Shown here one piece after another: positions 44,027 through 53,450 of a DNA stretch of 64,000 nt. The notes below the pieces were generated by a model. It had not been told where the DNA came from and did not search any database. It worked only from the letters and a program-made list of their open reading frames with translations. How positions within the stretch are numbered: position 1 is the stretch's first letter; each line of letters starts with the position of its first letter. The translations under genes were made by a program, and so were the position numbers. Origin of the DNA: Calcarisporiella thermophila CBS 279.70 (Eukaryota > Fungi > Calcarisporiellomycota); NCBI RefSeq assembly GCF_041956535.1, contig NW_027192192.1, positions 685,796 through 749,795 of the forward strand. Direction: 5' to 3'.

Positions 44027-45451
44027 TTATGAGAGCACCCTCTCGAGGGATAAAGACATCAGCCCCACTCCGGCACTACCCCCTATAGCTGCCAGCGCCC
44101 TCTCACGTCGCACGCTCCTGAAGTAGATCTCCAGCAGTCTCGCCCGAGAGAAGGGGCAATCCGCATCATACAGAAATGGATACCGCTCGTAGAATTCGTC
44201 GCTGGCGTACCATGAGGTTGCGACGAGGGGATCGCCGCATGCGTAACAGTGGTAGGCCATCATCTCAAACAGCTCGTCCTCGTCATAGGCGCCTTCGTAC
44301 AAGAGTAAGCGGTCACGCCAGGTCGCACATGCAATAGAGTCGAATTTCCTGCCCGACTTGACGCGTAGCTGAAGAGGAGTGGGGATGAAAACCTCGGGCG
44401 GATCGGGCAGCTGGCATTGCGCGTTTAAGAGGTCGAAGACCTCGGTCGGTGTGAGATGGATCCCGGGCACGCGGCCAATGCCGCGGTGATAGAGGCAAGT
44501 GTCATGGGGGGTCGGTTGAGGGTCTGCGGTATCGGATTCGATGGATTCCCGGTTGGCAAACACGTCCGAATCGGCCCTGCTGCGCTGGTAAGGGGAGCTT
44601 TGTAGATCGCTCCCCACGCTGGAGCCCCTCGCCTCCTCTCTGGGCATGTGTACTGGGCGGGCACAAGGAGACCAGCTATCCTGTTTTAATTCGGACGAAG
44701 CCGCCTCGTCCGCCGTCTCTCTGGGCGTAAAATTGGACGGCGAAGACGCGGAGGATTGCAGCTCATCCAGGAGGCTCAAGGGAGAGAGCTCCGGAGGCGC
44801 CAAGTGCATGCTATTGTCGAAACTTTTTGTGAGGCTATCGCCCAGCGGATCAGCGGAGGGCGCCTGACTCCGGCTCTGCAATGCCGAGCTCGGGGACTGT
44901 GAAGCAGAAGTCGAGGAGTTGGAAGCGGGGGCATGGCGGAAATGGTCGCGCTCGTCGCTTGGGTACCCTGGCGGCCTGTCAAATGGCTCTGGTGAATGTT
45001 CGAAGATGCTGGAGACGGTGTAGGTTGGATCGATGGAGTTCAACCCGCGCCACACAAATGCAAAGTACTCCGAGGGGGAAACCGGCGAGTTTCTAACGTT
45101 CTTTCGAAAGGGTTCATCCAGCTCTGTCAAGGGGATCCCATGGGCCACCAACACCTTTTGGGCGGCCATGGCGAGCTGATGCAAAAAGAGCCCCTCGATC
45201 CGAAGGTCCAGGACGTGATCGCAAAAATACTCCAATCTGGCATTGAGGGCATCGATGTGCTGGCGGAGTTCGTCGTTCTTCTCCTCCAGCTCCCGCAACT
45301 TTCCGTCCCTTGCATCGCGGTTTAATCGCTGCTCCTGACGTAATCGCTCCTTCCGGCGGTATTTGGCAGCGGGATTCGGCTTTCGGCCAGGCTTCATGCG
45401 CTGGCCGCTCTTCAACATGTGTGAAGAGTAGACTATGAATTCATTTTCCAT
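44027..45451 (-). CDS. bZIP-like transcription factor with a C-terminal DUF3425-like domain; intronless, start uncertain (ORF open to 45691)
   Basis: KPGRKP plus basic region plus Leu heptads; C-terminal PTPLQL..WRDRLL..GDPLVATSWYASDEFYERYPFL. Confidence 0.72.
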   Translation of the reverse strand: MENEFIVYSSHMLKSGQRMKPGRKPNPAAKYRRKERLRQEQRLNRDARDGKLRELEEKNDELRQHIDALNARLEYFCDHVLDLRIEGLFLHQLAMAAQKVLVAHGIPLTELDEPFRKNVRNSPVSPSEYFAFVWRGLNSIDPTYTVSSIFEHSPEPFDRPPGYPSDERDHFRHAPASNSSTSASQSPSSALQSRSQAPSADPLGDSLTKSFDNSMHLAPPELSPLSLLDELQSSASSPSNFTPRETADEAASSELKQDSWSPCARPVHMPREEARGSSVGSDLQSSPYQRSRADSDVFANRESIESDTADPQPTPHDTCLYHRGIGRVPGIHLTPTEVFDLLNAQCQLPDPPEVFIPTPLQLRVKSGRKFDSIACATWRDRLLLYEGAYDEDELFEMMAYHCYACGDPLVATSWYASDEFYERYPFLYDADCPFSRARLLEIYFRSVRRERALAAIGGSAGVGLMSLSLERVLS

Positions 45452-45950
45452 ATTAGTTCCGGTGATTAATGATAGATGGGGTCGGGAAACCGCGCTCAGG
45501 ATCCGGTGTTTAATAGGACAAGAGCAGCTTGGCAGAACCACTTGCGTGACTGCTCTAGCCGATGGAGCAAACAGAGCACCAACCACCGTTTTCATTGGTG
45601 GGATGGGGGACAGCAGGCATAAAGGGGAGCCGCTTTGATTGCAGCTTGTTCTGCCCAGCCTATCCTCCGATTTGCACTCATTCCAGCTCATGGATTTTCT
45701 AGAATGCGCATCCTCTCCCTTTCCTCTGACCCAATGCTGTGAGCCACGTCATGTTACCTGCAATGAAGGTGTGTACCACCCGAATTCCCGGAAAGGAAGG
45801 GGGAATTCTTAGTAGCAAGATTGAATTAACGGCATTTCTTCGAGAATGTTTATTTAGATAGATCGTTATAAAGGAGAAAATCGTGTTTCCTGAAAAAAAA
45901 AAGAACATTTCCGCGGATGGGTGGCGTATTAAGGCGAAGATGCATTTAGT

Positions 45951-47725
45951 CTACATAGCCTCCTCCTCTTGGTCAAACCCAGGCTGTCCCCCCTCGCCCT
46001 CCTCCAAGTACACCTCCTCCCCCCCCTCCACCTCCCCCTCGTACTCCTCTTCTGCGGATGCGTCCTGGTATTGCTGGTACTCCGAGACGAGGTCGTTCAT
46101 GTTCGACTCGGACTCGGTGAATTCCTAGAATGCACAATATAAAAGACCCAATCGGTTAGGACGGAATAAGAATCCGATTCGGGCGCCCCCCTACCATCTC
46201 GTCCATGCCTTCGCCCGTGTACCAGTGCAAGAAGGCCTTGCGTCGGAACATGGCGGTGAACTGTTCGTGGACCCGCCGGAACAGCTCCTGGATGGCGGTG
46301 GAATTGCCGACAAAGGTGCCGGCCATCGGCAGGCCCACCGGCGGGATGTTGCAGTGCACGGTCTGAACGCTGTTGGGGATCCACTCCACGAAATAGCTGG
46401 CGTTTTTGGTCTGGACGTTCAGCATGTGCTCCTCCACCTCCTTGGTGGACATTTCGCCGCGGAAGACGGCGGCACACGTGAGATAGCGGCCGTGGCGCGG
46501 GTCGGAGGCCGCCATCATGTTCTTGGCGTCGAACATCTGCTGGGTCAGCTCGGGAACGGAGACGCTGCGGTACTCGCTGTGGGCCGCGGCGGTGAGGGGC
46601 GCAAAGCCCACCATGAAAAAGTGGAGCCGCGGGAAGGGCACCATGTTGACGCACAGCTTGCGGAGGTCAGCGTTGAGTTGGCCCGGGAAGCGGAGCGAGG
46701 TGGACACCCCCGACATGACGTTCGAGACCAGGTTGTTGAGGTCGGCGTAGGAGGGGTTGGCAAGCTTCAGGGTGCGGAAGCAGATGTCGTAGAGGGCCTC
46801 GTTGTCGATGCAGAAGGTGGCGTCGCAGTGCTCGACCAGCTGGTCCACCGAGAGCACGGCGTTGTAGGGCTCGACGACGGTGTCGGAGACCTTGGGGGAG
46901 GGCACGACGGAAAAGGTGCAGAGCATGCGATCGGGATACTCCTCTTTGATCTTCGAGAGCAGCAGCGACCCCAGCCCGGATCCCGTCCCGCCCCCCAGCG
47001 AGTGGCACACCTGGAATCCGGTCAGGCAATCGGTCTGCTCCGCCTCCCGCCGCAGCACATCGAGGATGTTCTCGACGAGCTCGGCCCCCTCCGTGTAATA
47101 CCCCTTGGCCCAGTTGTTGCCGGCGCCGGACTGCCCGTACACGAAGTTGTCGGGGCGGAAGAGCCTGCCAAAAGCGCCGGCACGAATCGAATCCATGGTG
47201 CCTGGAGGACAGGGACGAATTCAGTATGCCCCCTACTGCGTGAGGAGAACACAGCCGAAATGCGCAATGGAGAGAAAGAGAGGGCTCACCTGGTTCGAGA
47301 TCCACAAGAACCGCGCGAGGCACATATCGCCCTCCCGCCACCTCGTGGTAGTAGACATTGGCGCGCTCTATCTGCGAAGCGTCCTTGCCAGAATAACATC
47401 CCGTCTCGTCTATCCCATGCTCTTGGCATATCACCTCCCAGAACCGGTGTCCGATCTAGGGGGTGTAAGGGGGGGGAACACAGGTTAAACAAGGCTACAC
47501 GGGAACGAAACAGAGGGCTCCCGTCTCTCTTCCTATCCAGAGAGCTGGGCGGCTCGAATGCATTTACCTGATTACCACATTGCCCTTTATATTTTCAGGG
47601 GGGAAGGAAGAGGGGGAAAAAAATTCCATAGAAGCATGAAATCGGTAAGCGTGCGTCTCAAAGGCGCGCATTGAATTCTGGACATGTCTCCACCTACCAG
47701 TTTGAACATGAATGATTTCCCTCAT
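45951..47725 (-). CDS. TUB2: Beta-tubulin, divergent paralog; 5 exons including a 17-nt exon
   Basis: [69 protein letters not shown] and an acidic tail. Confidence 0.97.
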
Positions 47726-48139
47726 GGTATTTTCGAATGCGAATCGCAAAGAAAAATGAAAATAGATGTAATGCCAGAGCTGAATTCTTGTCACTTTTTA
47801 AATATGAAACGCGACGGGCGACCATGTTGAATATGCAAGCGAAACGCGGATGATTTCCCTCCCCCAAATTTCCCTTAATATGGTCATAGTCTATCCTTTT
47901 ACCAAACGGTTTCAGTCGTTTCTACACAAACCAAATCTTTTTCTAGGTTGGTACCGCCCCCCTGCCGCCCTGGCCAGTCCATCTTCTTTGGGTGTCTGAA
48001 TCGATGCTTAGTATTTGTAGGAAATAGGAAGGCGAACCCAAAATTTAATAAAAACTATATTTCCTTCATAGGCCCCGGGCGGGGAAGAGCTAGTTTAGAT
48101 TATTCCTGATTTTATCACAGCAGAGTATGTGTGGAATGC

Positions 48140-48440
48140 TAGTTTATTAGATGGGAAGGAAACAAGAGATCATGACATTGTTAAGGAACCGAGATTAGGG
48201 CACCCGCCGGATGTCCTAATGCAGGAGAGAAGTTAGCCTTGATTCGCGATCAAACCAAAGACAGAGGTCATAAAACAATAAGGATCAGTGGTGTTGTGTT
48301 GCGTATAATAAGTTTCTCTTTCATGAAGCAATCAGACAGCTCCAATAGAATCATCATCAAATCCCTAATAAAATTATACAAAAGAAAGGAAAAGGGCGTG
48401 AGACTTACCGGAGGTCTAGAGAAGAGGATCCGCGAGAGGA
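48140..48440 (-). ncRNA. Putative non-coding snoRNA host transcript with a 193-nt intron (48216-48408); ends approximate
   Basis: Donor G|GTAAGT at 48408, branch GCTAAC at 48232-48237, acceptor TAG at 48216 and AATAAA at 48143-48148; no credible spliced ORF. Confidence 0.7.
48282..48364 (-). ncRNA. Box C/D snoRNA (intronic), predicted guide for 18S rRNA 2'-O-methylation
   Basis: Minus strand reads GGAU-uug-AUGAUGA (box C)..CUAUUGGAGCUG-U-CUGA (guide + D')..AUGAAAG (C'-like)..CUGA-UCC (box D + terminal stem). The guide is complementary to conserved 18S CAGCUCCAAUAG. Confidence 0.88.
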
Positions 48441-48699
48441 GATTTAAAATACCATGTTCAATGTAAATAAAGTGCAAAAGCGAAAAAAAAAAAGAATTAC
48501 AAGAGATGTGCAAACAAGAGAGGGTTGGGGGGGGGGGGAGGGATTATTTATCCTAGTGGCTTTGTGTGCAAAATCCAACGCGAAAATTAACGCGTCGAAT
48601 TATGGGATATCCAGCCGCCTTCAACAGTGCTTCCAAGGGACGGAAAACATACAACCCCGAATGTGTGTAGGTTTCCCAGCCCAAAAGCGTCCCTTCCGC

Positions 48700-49762
48700 T
48701 CAATGGGTCGAAGCGGGCGGGCGCCACTCGCCCTCTATCCCAGCATCCTTCGGCCCGGTCGACAGCGGTCGTCGTTTTAGACGTGCCAGCACCTGTGCTG
48801 CCACATTCTTATACGTCCCCTTGTTACTTTTCTCGAGGATGCTCTTTTCTTGCCGAAGGGCGTCCTTTGCGGCTAGTCCCGCATCCTGCTCTAACAGCGG
48901 AGCATAGATCCTATTGAATTCTTTGAAGAGCAGGTTCAAGATATTCTGGCGAATGGTTCGGGCGGTGTGGGCGTTGATGTCTGGGGGAACCAGGGGAGGT
49001 TCGGAGGGAGCTGGGGCGGCGGGGGTATGAGCAACGCGGCGATGGGTGGGCGGGAGGAGGTCGGGTTTGGGCAGAGGCGTGTCCTTTTTTTGAGGAACAA
49101 ACTCCGGCTCCTAGCGTTCAACAGAGCAGGTCAAGTTAAAGCGGGGGTGTTTTTTCACAAGAAAGGCCAGGTGGGCATCGAGATTACCTCCTGGTGATAG
49201 GCAACTCGTTTCTGAGCGGGAGGTAAAATGTCCTGGATTTTTGGGGACACTCTCGGGGCGGCGATGGGAATGCTATTGGGCGGTGGTTGCGAGCTCTGTG
49301 GCCGGGGCGTTGGCGCGCTCGGATCGCTGCTCTCTTTGGGCTTTTTGGACATGGGGGCTAGAGGAGATGGATGAATCATTTTGGTGAGTTCCGAAAGAGG
49401 GGGAGGAGCATCCATCGATGCAATACCATCCACGGCTCGCTTTGGGAGAGCAGGCTGAGCTGGCTTTGCGTTCTCCGCCTGTTTTTCCGCGGCCTGGGTG
49501 CGCTGTCGTTTCGCGGCATGCTGCTGGATGGTCTGCCTCTCATGGGTCTCCGGGGCTACTGGGATGGAGAGCGATGGCATTAGTGGGGCAGATCGAGGAG
49601 GATGCATGGCCATCCATTCTGAGGGAGCGGGTTCATACAAGCCTTCTTCCGGGTCACGAGGGTGGGCAGCTCATGGGAAAAGAGGCACCATTGATCGCGC
49701 CCGCATCGATCTTTTCCGTAAGGGCACGGCAGGCCCTTGAAGAGGCCTGTCGCCGCAAACAT
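48700..49762 (-). CDS. Protein resembling the N-terminal half of Rex3/REXO1 RNA exonucleases (CCCH finger + helical domain), no nuclease domain; 3 exons
   Basis: MFAATGLFKGLPCP..C..CLFSH; spliced ..HTARTIRQNILNLLFKEFNRIY..ALRQEKSI..YKNVAAQVLARLKRR; stop at 48700. Confidence 0.65.
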
Positions 49763-51561
49763 GTTTGTTTGGGTGTGGAGGGGTTTGGGGGGGCCGTTTG
49801 GGGATTAGATCAGAATCGGAAGGGCTGGCCAAAGCCACTGTTTTCTCCACATTTCCACCCTTGAAATCGGCGGTGGCAGCCAAGGAGACATGCACCGAGA
49901 TTGATGAAAGCCGGTGTGGATCAGCATGACAGATGCGCGCCATGAGTGGTCCGACTGGGTGAGATGCTGAGGGATGGAGCAAGCTTGGCCAATGGCCACA
50001 AGCCTCCACGTCTCTCTCCTGCGCCGCGGCTCGATGCCTCTCACAGAAACCTTAGCCCGGGCCTTCAGAGTCTAGAATGCCTCGAAATTCCATAACCATA
50101 GGGTCCATGAAGGCACAATAAGCTTGAGTTTGCTTCAGGTGCGTTGCATGACAAACAGCGCAGCAGCCGCCCCTCGCCGCACTGGTGGCATGAATGGGCC
50201 TCCTCCTAGGCACAGCGGCATGGCGAACTCTATGACGAGGGAGGGCGCAAGCCGGCGTTCCGGCCGGGAATGTGCAGGGTTAACCCGTCCCACCGGCTGG
50301 TGTGTGGAGCCGGGCGAAATTAGCTTTCATAGCGGGCGGGCGAAAAGAGTTCTGCAAATAGGGTTAGGGCTTTATGCTTCGGTTCAGGCGGAGGGGGGGG
50401 GGGGGGTTTCTCAGAGAAGCAAAGCCCGGCTCCGGTTTCCATGCATCTTTATTGCGGTTGACGATTGTGTGCGGCTTTAATATACTCGTCAATACAAAGC
50501 ACGGGAGGGATTTAAGGTGCCGCGGAGTCCGGGCTGACCACAGGGAGGAGTGCTCAGGGTCAAAGCCAGAGTGATCAAGTAGGTTCGGAAGGGCGGTGGT
50601 GGGGAACAGGGTTTGCCAACTTAATAGCGGCCGGTGTCCCGCGCTGGCCTGGAGATCAGCCTGCCTGCCGCCGGCTTGGGGGGGGGGGGGATCTGGTTTG
50701 CCCTGCAGCGAGCTTGTCGAGCCCACGCGCGCGGCCGGGATGCGGCTGCCGCGCTCTCCTCGGGGCCTTGAACGCAGGCGCGTGAGTGGTCGGGCTGGAT
50801 TATTAATTAATTGCAGCAGAAAGGGCCTCAGGCGTGATCCGAAACCGGTGGGGGATTACATGGCAGGCGGCCTCCTTGGATCCGCCGTTGGCTGGGCGGC
50901 AGGGGACGGAGCGCAAACGAATCGGGCGGGCCATTGCACGGGCAGAGCCCAAGACACGGCGGCGAGACAAATGGGGGGGCGAGCAGAATTCAGGAGGAGT
51001 TTGATTTGGCAAACTCAATTGGTCGTGCCACTCCGATTCCCCCCTCCCCTGTGCTGCTGGGCCGAGAACTTCCCGAGCATCGATGGGTTGATCAGTGTTG
51101 ATAACGGGCTCGGCGGGGGCAACAGGGGCATGCGGAGAACAACCGGGCCTCCAGCACGGCAACCGGGTGGACACGAGGACGCGCATGCTCCCATCGGCTG
51201 TGTGCAACGCTTTGTTTTTGCAGGCCTCGCGCAAGCCGGCCGCTGGGCCCAAATAACAAATAAACAGCCCTGCTGGCACGAGTCGAACACGGTTGGGCCC
51301 ATTACGTAGGGGAAGGGAGACAAAAAGGAAAAAAGTTCAGAGTTTCGGGATCTGGTGTAGAGCCTCCGTCCACAACGGAATATTGCTTGCCAGCCACCCG
51401 CAAGCTTTTTTTCTCTATTTTATTTTATATTTTTCCCCTCCCCCTCCCCCTCGCTCCCTTGCGATTGCGCCCCTTTCTCTTGCTTTTTTCCTCCACCGCT
51501 AAGCTCCCCGCCCACTCTAGCCCCCCTCCGCCCCCCCCCCTCTCCGGCCTTTGCGGTAACC

Positions 51562-53124
51562 ATGCCCCCAACCCATCCCTCCCTCCACCAGAAGATATCG
51601 CGGGTGTGCGATGCATGCAAGATGAAGAAGCGCCATTGCAACGGCCAGCTCCCATGCAGCCACTGCAGCCCCAAAGAGTGCTCCTACGCTGCGGCCCCCC
51701 CCGGCAATTTCTTGGCTGCCGAGGCGACCCGCGGCGAGCGGCGAAGATTGTACAGCGGCAGCGCATGCGAGACGTAAGTTCCCCAATTCCCCCTTGACAC
51801 ATGTCTCCTGTCCCTTGTTCGGGCTCCCCCCCCCATTGATTCTTTGCTCTGCTTGTTTGCCCACAAAGGTGCCGCCGGCGGAAGACCAAATGCGACGGCA
51901 ATCAGCCATGTGGATTCTGCGCCATGAATGACTACGAGTGCATCAACAACTCAACCCGGCGCGGGCGGCGAGGAGCCAATCCGCCATCCGTCCCCGCCAC
52001 CTCCACCGCCATGTCATCCTCCCCAATCCCGAAAATGTCGCCCCTCAGCCAACACCCGAGCAAAGCGGCCTCCTTCTCCAGTATGTCGCAGCCGCCGCAG
52101 CCCTCCTCGCTCCCATCCCCAGCCGTCCCCTCGCCCCTGCAACCACAATCCCACCCCATCGCCTCCCCGCCCTCCTCCCAGACTTCACAGGCTCCGCTGC
52201 CCATGGCCTCGCCCCACCCCGCCCCTCCCCACGCCCCCATGCAGCAGCAGCAGCAGCAGCAGCCTTCCCAGCAGCTCTCGCAGCCGCAGCCCCCGATGCA
52301 GCCGGCGGCTGGCGATGCCCGTTCCAACTCCCTCGAGGCGCTAGATGTCCGGTTGAAGCGGATCGAGTATTTAATAGGGCAGTTCCTGCAGCCAATGCTG
52401 ACCCGGGTCATGGAGTCCAGCTCCGTCAACGGCCACCAGCAGGACCTGGCCCTCGCCCTGGACGTCATGCGGAACATCTCCGCGGACGCCAAGGCCCCCC
52501 CCTCCACCGGTAACGACGGAGTGGCTTGTTTTCCCCGACGCGCTTCTAACCCGCGCTCTTTCTCCTCTTTTCCCCCCTCCTCTAGCAATGCCCTCCTCTT
52601 CAACCTTCTACGCCGCACCCTCCCCTGCAGTCGCCGCCCCCCGGCCCCCATTTCCCGTTGCATCTCCAAACCCAGCGATACCTATCAATACCACAGCCTC
52701 GTCCTCCCCCTACTATTCCCCTGCCGTGCCCCCCTCGTCTGCACCCTCGGGCCCCTCGCCCCTCTTCACCGCCTCCAGCGGGCTCGAGGAGAGGAAGCTG
52801 TTTGCGGCGAAACCAAAGGAACTCGGGTTCATGAGCGAGACTGGTACCTTTCCCCACTTTCCCCCCCTCTGTCGCCTGGTTTTAACCTGAGACACCGTTT
52901 CACTTTGACTCCCCTTTCTAGATCAATTGTCGAAAAACACCTTCATCCGGTCCCTCGGCCCCCTGCCCCCGCCCCTGCCGTCCAACGCGATGCCGAATCC
53001 TCCCCCCGCCCCCCGCCCCCCCGATGTTGGGACGGCTCGGCTCGGACATAATATGCTTATTTTGCCTCATTTCATATTGTTATTTATTCCTTCAATTTTT
53101 TTTTCCCCCTTTATATATAAGTAA
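51562..53124 (+). CDS. Transcription factor with two tandem Zn(II)2Cys6 clusters and a Q/P-rich region; 3' end uncertain
   Basis: CDACKMKKRHCNGQLPCSHCSPKEC and, across intron ~51774-51868, CETCRRRKTKCDGNQPCGFCAMNDYEC; coiled coil LEALDVRLKRIEYLI. Confidence 0.88.
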
Positions 53125-53450
53125 TATATATAATCTCAACATTATCTTCTGTCTGCTTCCTCTTCCTCCTCCGCCTCCACCTCCTTTTTTCCCCCCCCTC
53201 ATAGTTTTTTATTTTTTTTTTATTTCCTATTTTTCTTCACATCTCGACCCCTCTCCCCTTTTTTAACAATAAAATGTAAAGAATTAGCATGTCGAACCAG
53301 GAACTCCGCCAGAACCGTTCCATCTGACTCACCCTGGAGAAGTTGCGAGTCACACTATTGACTCTTTTCGCCACCATTTGCTTTCTTTGAGAGTTTTTTT
53401 TTCAATAGAGTGAAGAGCGTTCGCCGCCCTTCGAGGTTTGACATCTCTTC

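Noticed and set aside
46225-47571. 448-aa plus-strand ORF
   Set aside because: Antisense shadow of the GC3-rich beta-tubulin; no motifs of its own.
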